DNA of 64,000 nucleotides from positions 3,850 through 67,849 of the IMG/VR virus record IMGVR_UViG_3300035703_000080. One strand, given 5' to 3'. The notes beneath the pieces were generated by a model. That model ran no database searches, was not told the origin of the DNA, and saw only the letters and a list, made by a program, of their open reading frames with translations. Every line of letters begins with the position of its first letter. The stretch's first letter is position 1. The position numbers were made by a program, and so were the translations under genes. Source of the DNA: a virus. This document shows positions 43,124 through 51,702 of this stretch, one piece after another.

Positions 43124-44035
43124 ATGGCAATTTCTCGCGCACAACTTCTCAAGGAGCTGCTCCCCGGCCTGAACGCCCTGTTCGGCATGGAGTACAAGCG
43201 CTACGGCGAAGAGCACAAGGAGATCTACGAAACGGAGACCTCCGACCGCTCGTTCGAGGAAGAGACCAAGCTCGCTGGTTTCTCCGCCGCTCCGGTGAAA
43301 AACGAAGGACAGGCCATCGCGTACGACAACGCGCAGGAAGCCTGGACCGCTCGTTACAACCACGAGACCATCGCTATGGGCTTCTCCATCACCGAAGAGG
43401 CGATGGAAGACAACCTGTACGACAGTCTGTCGGCGCGGTACACCAAGGCTCTGGCTCGGGCGATGTCCTACACCAAGCAGGTCAAGGCCGCTGCGATCCT
43501 GAACAACGGCTTCAACAGCTCGGTCACCTACGGTGATGGGCAGTCGCTGTTCTCGACCGCGCACCCGCTGGTCTCTGGGGGCACCAACAGCAACCGTCCT
43601 GCGACGGCGGCTGACCTCAACGAGACCTCGCTGGAGAACGCGGTGATCCAGATCGCTGCGTGGACGGACGAGAAGGGCCTCCTGATCGCCGCCAAGCCGC
43701 GCAAGCTCATCGTGCCCCCGGCCCTGATGTTCGTCGCAACCCGTCTGCTGGAGACCAACCTCCGCGTGGGCACCAACGACAACGACCTCAACGCGCTGAA
43801 GAACAACGGTGCCATCCCGGAAGGGTACACCGTCAACCACTTCCTGACCGACAACAACGCTTGGTTCCTCAAGACCGACGTTCCCAACGGTCTGAAGCAC
43901 TTCGTGCGCGTGGCCATGTCGACGTCGATGGACGCCGACTTCGATACCGGCAACAGCCGGTACAAGGCGCGTGAGAGGTATTCGTTTGGCGTGTCGGATG
44001 CTTTGGGAGTGTACGGCTCCCCCGGCGCAAGCTGA
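43124..44035 (+). CDS. Major capsid protein
   Basis: MAISRAQLLKELLPGLNALFG...KLIVPPAL...RYKARERYSFG; strong codon bias; followed by a terminator. Confidence 0.9.
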   Translation: MAISRAQLLKELLPGLNALFGMEYKRYGEEHKEIYETETSDRSFEEETKLAGFSAAPVKNEGQAIAYDNAQEAWTARYNHETIAMGFSITEEAMEDNLYDSLSARYTKALARAMSYTKQVKAAAILNNGFNSSVTYGDGQSLFSTAHPLVSGGTNSNRPATAADLNETSLENAVIQIAAWTDEKGLLIAAKPRKLIVPPALMFVATRLLETNLRVGTNDNDLNALKNNGAIPEGYTVNHFLTDNNAWFLKTDVPNGLKHFVRVAMSTSMDADFDTGNSRYKARERYSFGVSDALGVYGSPGAS

Positions 44036-44087
44036 GCCAGAACAAACCCCGCACGCCTCTCAACGATGCGCACCAGCGGGGTTCCTC

Positions 44088-44115
44088 AAGGCCCCCTCGG
44101 GGGCCTTTTCTTTTT
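44088..44115 (+). terminator. Intrinsic terminator after the capsid gene
   Basis: AAGGCCCCC-TC-GGGGGCCTT hairpin followed by TTCTTTTT. Confidence 0.85.
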
Positions 44116-44230
44116 GGGTCAGGTATGCTAGGCTCGGGCTTGCCCGAGACCCCACTCACCCCTAAACCACTGCACCGACCGGCTCGGCGGACTGTCTCCT
44201 CAAGACGGTGCGGTATGACGAGGAACCATC

Positions 44231-44725
44231 ATGGGATTCAGTACCTTCTCCGGCCCAATCCGCTCGGGCACGCAACGCTACGGCGCAGGACGCAACACGG
44301 GTCTAACGCTGCTGACGCAGTCCAAGACCATCGACATGGCGGGTGTGGCGCTGACCTCCGCGCCTCCGGCGCAGGACCTGTTTACGCTGCCTGCGGGCTC
44401 GAAGATCGTCTCGATCATCGCGGACAAGACTGTGGCGCTGACGGGCAACTCTGTCTCGCAGGTCGCGCTGATCGTGGGCAACGCATCGGACGACAACCAA
44501 TATCTGGAGTCGGTGAATCTGGCCACGACCAAGGGCCGTGCTGCACAGGCTACGGTCGACGCGGGCCTTCAGGTGGACGACTGCGACAACATCGGCACCT
44601 CCGACGTCATGCTTCAGGCCAAGTTCACGGCGACCACGGGTAACCCCACGGCGGGGCAGATCATCGTGACGGTGGTGTACGTCCAGCGCGCCGACGACGG
44701 TTCTGCGAACCCGTCGCAGGTCTAA
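44231..44725 (+). CDS. Virion structural protein (164 aa)
   Basis: STFSGPIRSG start; beta-rich; late-operon position. Confidence 0.7.
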   Translation: MGFSTFSGPIRSGTQRYGAGRNTGLTLLTQSKTIDMAGVALTSAPPAQDLFTLPAGSKIVSIIADKTVALTGNSVSQVALIVGNASDDNQYLESVNLATTKGRAAQATVDAGLQVDDCDNIGTSDVMLQAKFTATTGNPTAGQIIVTVVYVQRADDGSANPSQV

Positions 44726-44769
44726 CCCCATAAGCCCCGCCTCTTGACGGGGCGGGGCAGGAGCCCCGT

Positions 44770-45021
44770 ATGGCAAAGACCAACTACAGCCCGACGTTCC
44801 CGATGTTTCCTGGGGACGCGGCGTCTGTCACGCCCAGTGATACCGTTACTTTTGAACCCTCCATCATTTTTGTTGGCGGGTTGGGTAACGTCACTGTCAA
44901 AACAGCGCAGGGGAGTACTGTGCTGTTCTTCTCTGTCCCCGGCGGTACAGTGATACCTGTGCAGGTAATACAAGTCTTGGCCACGGGTACCAATGCGTCA
45001 AATCTAGTGCGGATCTTCTGA
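44770..45021 (+). CDS. Small virion protein (spike-base-like)
   Basis: AASVTPSD...IFVGGLGNVTV...GTVIPVQV.QV.ATGT motif. Confidence 0.7.
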   Translation: MAKTNYSPTFPMFPGDAASVTPSDTVTFEPSIIFVGGLGNVTVKTAQGSTVLFFSVPGGTVIPVQVIQVLATGTNASNLVRIF

Positions 45022-45299
45022 TGTCGCTCAATTTTGGGTTTTCGCTTCCGGCGTTTGTACAACCCAAAGCGGGTAGCTCAAATTTGCTTGGTCCGTCGCT
45101 TGACTTACAGTTCATTGCGATGGACACCAGCTACGCAACAGGCGAAACGCTGGACCTGTCGTTCACAGATCAACAGTACGAAGAGTGGGCACTGCCTGCG
45201 GAGCCGCAGGGTCTCTATTTTGTCTGGGACGGTTACGCTCCGTGGGAGCCTTACCTTGACCTTGACTTCATTGCGCAACGTTACCTTGAGGAGACTTGA
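45021..45299 (+). CDS. 92-aa protein with three LDLxF repeats
   Basis: PSLDLQF, TLDLSF and YLDLDF; coupled to the previous gene. Confidence 0.65.
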   Translation: MSLNFGFSLPAFVQPKAGSSNLLGPSLDLQFIAMDTSYATGETLDLSFTDQQYEEWALPAEPQGLYFVWDGYAPWEPYLDLDFIAQRYLEET

Positions 45300-46514
45300 A
45301 TGCCCCTCGTCAGCAAAACCTTCTCGCAGATCATCACCTTCACCCGCGCAAGCACGGCGACGTACTTCGACGCCACGGGTACGCTCCAGAGCGCAGCGAT
45401 TGATGTGCCACGCTTCGACTACAACCCCGCCACGCTGGCTGCGCAGGGGTTTTTGATTGAGGAGTCGAGGACGAATAGCATCCGCAACAACACGATGCAA
45501 GGTGCGGTGGCGGGTACGCCGGGGACTGCGCCGACGAATTGGCAAGCTACAGTTTCTTTAAACGGAATTACACGCGAGATAATTGGTGTTGGAACGGAAA
45601 GCGGCATCACATATATAGATGTCAAATATAGCGGCACGCCAACTGCAAATACTACTTTTCAAATAATTTTTGAAGCAAACAATCAAATTGCAGCGACATC
45701 TGGGCAAACATGGACGCAATCTCAGTTTATGCGTCTTGCCGCTGGCGCGTTGACAAACGTAACTTCATTTTTGATGGTTTTAAGTGGGCGCGACAGTGGC
45801 GGTGCGAGTACAGGCGAACAATTTTCCGACACGATTACCCCAACATCAGCCGGCTTAAGCTCTCAAAGAGAAACCTTAACGGGAACTTTTTTTAACGCTG
45901 CAACTGCGTTTGTGCGGCCAAGTTTGCAATTCAACGTCACCAACGGCGCAGCCATTGACATCACCCTCCGCATCGGCCTTCCCCAGCTAGAGCAAGGCGC
46001 ATTCGCCACCTCCGTCATCCCCACCACCACCACAGCCCTGACCCGTGCGGCAGATGTGGCGAGTGTGAATACGCTGAGTCCTTGGTATAACGCGAGTGCT
46101 GGAACTTTGTATGCGGAATACAGCCGTTTAGCAAACGTATCTGGGCGTATCGTCACTTTCCATGACACTACATCCGGAGAGCAGATTCGAATTAACGGAA
46201 GCGTCAGCGTAAACATTCGGCCTGATTGGCAAATTATTGATGGCGGAGTTACTCAAGCAAACGTGATCGGTACTGTTGAAATTGCGCCTAATGCTATCGG
46301 AAAAACGGCAGGTGCCTACTCAGTAAACGATTTTCAGCAAGCTACAAACACAAGCCTTGGTGTTGCGGATACTAGCGGTACGGTACCAACAGTGTCAAAA
46401 GTAAATTTAGGCACTAATGAAGTAGGCGCTTCAAATATAAACGGCTACCTCCGCCGTATAGTATACTATCCTCGTAGGCTCTCGGACGCAGAGCTTCAAA
46501 GCATAACGAGCTAG
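45300..46514 (+). CDS. Head spike/fibre protein
   Basis: ITFTRASTATYFD...PRFDY...GFLIEESRTN...QLEQGAFATSVIPT...TRAAD and a LamG-like C-terminus; SD GAGGAG. Confidence 0.75.
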   Translation: MPLVSKTFSQIITFTRASTATYFDATGTLQSAAIDVPRFDYNPATLAAQGFLIEESRTNSIRNNTMQGAVAGTPGTAPTNWQATVSLNGITREIIGVGTESGITYIDVKYSGTPTANTTFQIIFEANNQIAATSGQTWTQSQFMRLAAGALTNVTSFLMVLSGRDSGGASTGEQFSDTITPTSAGLSSQRETLTGTFFNAATAFVRPSLQFNVTNGAAIDITLRIGLPQLEQGAFATSVIPTTTTALTRAADVASVNTLSPWYNASAGTLYAEYSRLANVSGRIVTFHDTTSGEQIRINGSVSVNIRPDWQIIDGGVTQANVIGTVEIAPNAIGKTAGAYSVNDFQQATNTSLGVADTSGTVPTVSKVNLGTNEVGASNINGYLRRIVYYPRRLSDAELQSITS

Positions 46515-46516
46515 TA

Positions 46517-47116
46517 ATGGGAAAACCTCTAATCGACCTTACGGGCCAGCGTTTTGGCAGGCTTACCGTGGTGGAGCGTGCAGGCTTCAACGGTAAGACG
46601 CTGTGGCGCTGCGCATGTGACTGCGGCAAAGAAATAACTGCGCTCAGTCCAAACCTGCGTAAGGGTGTGACCCGTTCGTGTGGCTGTCTGAAAACTGACT
46701 TGCAGCGCCAGCGCATGACCAAGCACGGCAGCGGCGTTAAAGGCGCGGAAACTCTGCTGTACCGCATTTGGAAAAACATGCGTCAGCGTTGCTTGAACGA
46801 CAAGCATCCTCGCTATGCGGACTACGGAGGCAGAGGCATCGCTATCTGTGACCGTTGGAATGACTTTGCTGCGTTTGCTCAAGATATGGGCGAAGCACAG
46901 GAAGGTTTGACGCTTGATCGCATTGACGTCAACGGCCCTTACGCCCCCGAAAACTGCCGGTGGGTGGACTACAAAGCGCAGATGCGAAACAAGCGCAACA
47001 ACGTCTGGGTTGATGTGCAAGGCCAGCGCATGGTGCGTGAAGACGCTCGGAAAATGCTTGGCATCAACAACAAACGCATGAATCAGATTGTTGCGGCTCA
47101 GGCCATCACAGCATGA
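46517..47116 (+). CDS. Free-standing HNH homing endonuclease
   Basis: DLTGQRFGRLTV, WRCACDCG, SCGC, YGGRGIAICDRW, TLDRIDVNGPYAPENCRW. Confidence 0.9.
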   Translation: MGKPLIDLTGQRFGRLTVVERAGFNGKTLWRCACDCGKEITALSPNLRKGVTRSCGCLKTDLQRQRMTKHGSGVKGAETLLYRIWKNMRQRCLNDKHPRYADYGGRGIAICDRWNDFAAFAQDMGEAQEGLTLDRIDVNGPYAPENCRWVDYKAQMRNKRNNVWVDVQGQRMVREDARKMLGINNKRMNQIVAAQAITA

Positions 47117-47328
47117 CCTACGACCCCTGCGATCCATTCAACCAACTCCTGAAGGAGACACCGGCTCATCTGCTGGCATCGGGTGGGTTCTGGGTTCAGC
47201 AACATTTTTACGACGAGTTGGCTGCTGAAGTGGCGGACCTGAAGCAGACCAGCGGAGAGCTTTGCGAATCTTGCGGCTGGCGGTTTGTTGTGCCGGGCCG
47301 GGGATGCCTGAACTGTGAGAAAGGATGA
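47113..47328 (+). CDS. Small zinc-finger protein
   Basis: CESCGW...CLNC; 4-nt overlaps on both sides. Confidence 0.55.
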   Translation: MTYDPCDPFNQLLKETPAHLLASGGFWVQQHFYDELAAEVADLKQTSGELCESCGWRFVVPGRGCLNCEKG

Positions 47329-47744
47329 CCATGTATCGCGACTACTACATCCGCGCACTGCCGAAAGACTGGCCCACGCTGATTGCGCTGGGGGAGAAGC
47401 TCGGGGCGCTGTCGGTCTACGAGTCTGAGGACGGCGAGTCTGTCGTCTCGGCCAAGACGCCGGGGTCCTGGGACTTCATCGGGGTGCTGTACAAGCCCAC
47501 AGGGAACATCATCGAGACCGAAGATGGGGACATCCCTGAGATGACCGAAGTCACCGACGAAAAGGGCACGGCCTACTGGCACGCCAACCTGCGCACCACG
47601 GTGCATCTGGGTGAGGTCGCGCGGGAGATGGCCAAGACGGACCCCGAGATTGCCGATGCCATGCAGGCGCTGGATCGGTTCTTCCTGCTGGATGAGCAGG
47701 GCAATCCTCGGGCTCCAGCGCAGCCTGCAAGGGGTTACGCATGA
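47325..47744 (+). CDS. Hypothetical protein, possibly a fibre assembly factor
   Basis: DFIGVLYKPTG...YWHANLR motif. Confidence 0.65.
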   Translation: MTMYRDYYIRALPKDWPTLIALGEKLGALSVYESEDGESVVSAKTPGSWDFIGVLYKPTGNIIETEDGDIPEMTEVTDEKGTAYWHANLRTTVHLGEVAREMAKTDPEIADAMQALDRFFLLDEQGNPRAPAQPARGYA

Positions 47745-47929
47745 TCGCCGCCGCTCTGAAATCCCGCACCGTCTGGTTCGCCATAGCGCTGGCGGTGCTG
47801 TCCGTCCTGCAAGGCTTCGTGCTGCAACTGCCGATCCCGGCCTGGGGCCACGCCATCGTGGGCAGCGTGATCGCTGCGGCCATCGTCGTGCTGCGCATCA
47901 TCACCACCCAGCCGCTGTCGGAGAAGTGA
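47741..47929 (+). CDS. Two-TM membrane protein (holin-like)
   Basis: KSRTVWF...LRIITTQPL with two hydrophobic helices. Confidence 0.65.
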   Translation: MIAAALKSRTVWFAIALAVLSVLQGFVLQLPIPAWGHAIVGSVIAAAIVVLRIITTQPLSEK

Positions 47930-47930
47930 A

Positions 47931-48209
47931 ATGCCCACGCCCCCGCTCAGCAAATCCAAGATGGCTTGTAACTCGCCCCGTGCCACGCCCGGGCATCCGA
48001 AGAAGTCTCACGTGGTCAAGGCCTGTGCTGGCGGCAAAGAGAAGGTCATCCGTTTTGGTGAGCAAGGTGCTTCAACGGCAGGCAAGCCGAAGGCGGGCGA
48101 GTCTGAGCGGATGACCAAGAAGCGTGCTTCGTTCAAAGCGCGGCACAGTGCGAATATCGCAAAGGGCAAGATGTCCGCAGCCTACTGGGCGGACAAGGTC
48201 AAGTGGTAA
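47931..48209 (+). CDS. Basic conserved phage protein (DUF6321-like)
   Basis: KVIRFGEQG...RASFKARH...SAAYWADKVKW. Confidence 0.7.
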   Translation: MPTPPLSKSKMACNSPRATPGHPKKSHVVKACAGGKEKVIRFGEQGASTAGKPKAGESERMTKKRASFKARHSANIAKGKMSAAYWADKVKW

Positions 48210-48215
48210 GGCATC

Positions 48216-48461
48216 ATGGAAGCAACTCTCTTGTGGAACACCCTTCTGACTGTCCTTCTGGGCGTGGTGGCATTCTTCATGGCTGCAAAGTTCCGTGAAC
48301 TCGACCGGCTCAGCATTCTGCTCAACCGGACCCGGGAAGAGGTGGCGCGTGACCACATCACTCGTTCAGAGTTCCGTCAGGACATGAAAGAGTTGCTCGA
48401 ACGCTTTGACAGGCTAGAGGCCAAGATCGACAATCTCAAGAACCGCCCCAACCCGGGCTGA
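48216..48461 (+). CDS. TM + coiled-coil protein
   Basis: N-terminal hydrophobic helix, LLNRTREEVA, RFDRLEAKID. Confidence 0.7.
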   Translation: MEATLLWNTLLTVLLGVVAFFMAAKFRELDRLSILLNRTREEVARDHITRSEFRQDMKELLERFDRLEAKIDNLKNRPNPG

Positions 48462-48478
48462 CCCAACTGGAGTTCAAG

Positions 48479-48682
48479 ATGGCGCTGAAAAACGACCCCA
48501 CGCCGCAGATGGTGACGGACCCGGACTACAAGGACGGCAGGCCGACCAAGTCGCAATATCCGCTTCCGCCTGCGCCCCCGCCCAGCAAGCGCAGACCTGC
48601 TCCCAAGAAGTACGCCAAGGGTGGCGTGACCCGCGCTGATGGCTGCGCTGTCAAAGGCCATACCAAGGGAAGGATGGTGTGA
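48479..48682 (+). CDS. Small basic protein with YAKGG motif
   Basis: KKYAKGGVTRADGCAVKGHTKGRMV; SD GGAG. Confidence 0.65.
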   Translation: MALKNDPTPQMVTDPDYKDGRPTKSQYPLPPAPPPSKRRPAPKKYAKGGVTRADGCAVKGHTKGRMV

Positions 48683-48683
48683 G

Positions 48684-48824
48684 ATGATGAAGAAGCCCCC
48701 GATGTCCGCCAAGACGCCCGCCAAGGCGAAAGGCAAGAAGGAACTGCCGTTCTTCATGAAGAAGGACGCCCCCAAGGCCAAAGCCAAACCCAAGAAGATG
48801 ATGGGCGGCGGTAGCTGCAAGTGA
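48684..48824 (+). CDS. Small Lys-rich protein
   Basis: MMKKPPMSAK...KKMMGGGSCK. Confidence 0.55.
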   Translation: MMKKPPMSAKTPAKAKGKKELPFFMKKDAPKAKAKPKKMMGGGSCK

Positions 48825-48831
48825 GGTAGAG

Positions 48832-49563
48832 ATGGTACGCCCCAACTACGCCAAAGATGCGGCGTCGACTCCTGGCGCGAAAAGGCTCAGGCAGGAGCTG
48901 GCGGGCGTTCTTGAGCCCAAGAAACCGCGTTGGAAGACGTCGTACAAGGGGCCTGACCCCGACCGTCAGAAGATCGACGGGAAGATGGTCGTCAGCCGTG
49001 AGGAACTTGCGGACTTCCGCAAGCGCTTCGGCGCGGACAAAACGCTGCGGGATTTGCTGAACGCAGACCGCACGGGCAAGCTGCCGACACCTGTCGGCGC
49101 AGGCGCGGGTCGCGGCGCAGCCGAAGGCCGTAAGGCAGAAGACAGAGACGTCTACCGTCCTACGCCCAAAATGGAGCGTGAGTTGGCCGAGATGAAGCGT
49201 CCGGGGCGTGACGCCATCGAGCCTACGCTTGGTCCTGAAATGGGTCTTGCCGCGCTTGGAAGAGCGGGAGCCGGTGCGCTGGTTCGCGGACTGGCGGGCA
49301 TGGCGGGGCGCCGCACGGCAACCAAAGCAGCTCCTGAACGCAAGGAACCCTCTTCGCTGTACCCCGACCCACCCAAGACTGGCGGGGTCTTCAGCAGCGC
49401 AAGGCGCGGCACTCGCGGTGAGCAGCAAGCCGCAGGTCGCAAAGCGTCGGAGGACTACGCTCGCGACGTCATGGAGCGGGGCGCCGAGATGGGCTTCAAG
49501 AAGGGCGGCATGACCAAGGGTGGCGGGTGCGAGACTCGCGGCAAGAAGGCAAGGTACGTCTGA
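48832..49563 (+). CDS. Basic, likely disordered virion-associated protein (243 aa)
   Basis: SD GAGGT; ends GFKKGG...RGKKARYV. Confidence 0.65.
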   Translation: MVRPNYAKDAASTPGAKRLRQELAGVLEPKKPRWKTSYKGPDPDRQKIDGKMVVSREELADFRKRFGADKTLRDLLNADRTGKLPTPVGAGAGRGAAEGRKAEDRDVYRPTPKMERELAEMKRPGRDAIEPTLGPEMGLAALGRAGAGALVRGLAGMAGRRTATKAAPERKEPSSLYPDPPKTGGVFSSARRGTRGEQQAAGRKASEDYARDVMERGAEMGFKKGGMTKGGGCETRGKKARYV

Positions 49564-49817
49564 TGCGTGCGTCCCGTGGCATGGGGTGCATCCGCCCCGA
49601 ATTGATCAAGTCCCGGGCTCGGGCCCCGGGATATGTTAAGGGCGGCGAAGCAAAGTCGACCCCCAAGAACGCCTCCTTGTGGTCCCAGGTCAAGTCTGAA
49701 GCCAAGAGCAAGTTTGACGTGTACCCGAGCGCCTACGCCAACGCGTGGGCCGCGAAGGAATACAAGAAGCGTGGGGGGTCTTGGGGCGGTGCTGACAACC
49801 GGGTGAAGCGTGGCTAA
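49563..49817 (+). CDS. Small basic protein
   Basis: MRASRGMG...YPSAYANAWAAKEYKKRGG. Confidence 0.65.
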   Translation: MRASRGMGCIRPELIKSRARAPGYVKGGEAKSTPKNASLWSQVKSEAKSKFDVYPSAYANAWAAKEYKKRGGSWGGADNRVKRG

Positions 49818-50046
49818 GGGCGGGCTCGGCAAGTGGTTCGGCGAGAAGTGGGTCGACGTGAAGACAGGCAAGGCCTGCGGTCGCTCAGGGGAGGAGAAGT
49901 CCTCCCGCGCCTACCCCGCATGCCGCCCCGCCAAAGCGGCGAGTAAGCTCTCCACTGCCCAGCGCAAGACGATGGCGCAGCGCAAAACGGGCCCTGCTAG
50001 GCAATCCTGGCCGGTGAGTCCTTCGGGGAAGAAACGGAGTGCATGA
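49810..50046 (+). CDS. Small basic protein (DUF5872-like)
   Basis: LGKWFGEKWVDVKTGKACGR...YPACRP. Confidence 0.65.
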   Translation: MAKGGLGKWFGEKWVDVKTGKACGRSGEEKSSRAYPACRPAKAASKLSTAQRKTMAQRKTGPARQSWPVSPSGKKRSA

Positions 50047-50222
50047 TGGCCAAGAATTGGATCAAAGGAGCCATAAAGGCCCCTGGTTCCCTGCGCAAAT
50101 CTCTTGGCGTCAAGGAAGGCGAGAAGATCCCCGCCAAGAAACTCGCCGCAGCAGCCAAGGCTCCCGGTAAGATGGGTCAGCGTGCGCGTCTGGCGCAGAC
50201 GCTGAAAGGGTTCAAGAAGTGA
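50043..50222 (+). CDS. 59-aa Lys-rich protein (MMAKNWIKGAIKAPGSLR...)
   Basis: Translated by hand; 4-nt overlaps with both neighbours. Confidence 0.65.
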   Translation: MMAKNWIKGAIKAPGSLRKSLGVKEGEKIPAKKLAAAAKAPGKMGQRARLAQTLKGFKK

Positions 50223-50914
50223 CTACCTCCGGCACCACATCATTCAACCTTGACCTCAACGAAGCGGTCGAGGAAGCCTTCGAGCGCTGTGGTGCTGAGC
50301 TACGCACGGGCTACGACCTGCGCACGGCGCGTCGGTCTCTGAACCTGCTGTTCGCAGACTGGGCCAACCGAGGGGTGAACCTCTGGACGGTGAACCAAGA
50401 CACGATCAACCTGACGCAGGGCACCAACACCTACAACCTCCCGCTGGACACCGTCGATCTGCTCGAACACGTCATCAGGACCGGTGCGGGCAACGTCAGC
50501 ACGCAGGTCGACCTGACCATCACGCGCATCAGCGTCAGCACCTACTCGTCCATCCCGAACAAGCTCCAGCAGGCGCGGCCCATTCAGGTCTGGATTAACC
50601 GCCAAGCACCAACACCGCAGATCGTCGTGTGGCCTACGCCGGATCAGACGGGCGTCTATCAGTTCGTCTACTGGTATTTGCGGCGCATTCAAGATGCGGG
50701 TGCAGGCGGTGGCTATACGCAGGACATCCCCTTCCGCTTCCTCCCGTGCTTGGTCTCTGGTCTGGCGTACTACTTGGCACTGAAGATCCCCGGCGCGATG
50801 GAGCGCCTGCCGGTGCTGAAAGCACAATATGACGAGGATTGGCGAAACGCTGCGGAAGAAGATAGAGAAAAGGCATCCGTAAGATTTGTGCCCAGACAGA
50901 TGTTCATTGCTTAA
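50219..50914 (+). CDS. Head-tail adaptor / tail tubular protein A-like
   Basis: EEAFERCG, ARRSLNLL, WPTPD and LVSGLAYYLA motifs. Confidence 0.7.
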   Translation: MTTSGTTSFNLDLNEAVEEAFERCGAELRTGYDLRTARRSLNLLFADWANRGVNLWTVNQDTINLTQGTNTYNLPLDTVDLLEHVIRTGAGNVSTQVDLTITRISVSTYSSIPNKLQQARPIQVWINRQAPTPQIVVWPTPDQTGVYQFVYWYLRRIQDAGAGGGYTQDIPFRFLPCLVSGLAYYLALKIPGAMERLPVLKAQYDEDWRNAAEEDREKASVRFVPRQMFIA

Positions 50915-51702
50915 TGCCTAAAATGCTTACGTGTTCTAAATGCGGGATTGAAAAATCTTTGGAGTTATTTCCAAAGAAAGGTCGCTGCTGTAAGGCATGT
51001 AAAGCCATTCTGGACGCGGCATATACAGCAAAAAACAAAGACAAAATACAAGCACGTAAAAATGAATGGCAGCGTAATGCCAGAGCAGAAGCACGTCTAC
51101 TCAATCCCCGCGCAGTGTCTACTCTTCAAAAGGCTAAAGACGCTGGGCATACACTTTACAACACAGGCAAACCCTGTCCACAAGGGCATATTGCGGATCG
51201 TCTGGTAAGCAACCGCGCATGCGTTGAGTGTCAAAGACTTCGTGCGCTAGCGTATAAGGAGCAGCACCGCGAAGAGCTTCTTCCAAAGAAAAGGGCTTAC
51301 GCAAAAATGCGTAATGAGGAGTCCCACGAAACGGTGCGCGCTATAGCAAAACGCGCCTACGACTCCCGTACAGAAGAACAGCGTAGAAAAGATAGCGAGA
51401 ATGCAAAAAAGTGGCGGATAAAAAACAAAGGGCGCGTACTTGCATGGACGAGGAACCGGCAGCTTGCAAAAAAGCAGCGCACTCCTGCGTGGCTAACAGC
51501 GTCTGACAAACTTAAAATTGAGCATTTGTATTCGATTGCAGCTACATTGACGCGTACTAGTAGTGAGTCTTGGCATGTCGATCACATAATACCTTTACAA
51601 GGTGAGAACGTTTCTGGCCTTCACGTCCCCTCAAATCTACGTGTGTTACGCGGCAAAGAAAATGCCCGTAAACGTAACAAGTTTGAGGTGACAGATGGCT
51701 AA
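50914..51702 (+). CDS. Free-standing HNH endonuclease
   Basis: CSKC...CKAC, YNTGKPCPQGH, RTPAWL, WHVDHIIPLQGENVSGLHVPSNLRVL...N; AT-rich. Confidence 0.9.
   Translation: MPKMLTCSKCGIEKSLELFPKKGRCCKACKAILDAAYTAKNKDKIQARKNEWQRNARAEARLLNPRAVSTLQKAKDAGHTLYNTGKPCPQGHIADRLVSNRACVECQRLRALAYKEQHREELLPKKRAYAKMRNEESHETVRAIAKRAYDSRTEEQRRKDSENAKKWRIKNKGRVLAWTRNRQLAKKQRTPAWLTASDKLKIEHLYSIAATLTRTSSESWHVDHIIPLQGENVSGLHVPSNLRVLRGKENARKRNKFEVTDG

Noticed and set aside
38049-43900. Long antisense ORFs (709 aa, 847 aa; also 4288-6093 and 9075-10658)
   Set aside because: They are shadow frames of GC3-rich genes and show no recognisable motifs, unlike the two intein +1 ORFs.
45297-45302. Pseudogene or stop-codon reassignment at TGA-ATG
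   Set aside because: The downstream ATG has a strong SD and TGA ends many other genes normally. Low-level readthrough cannot be excluded.
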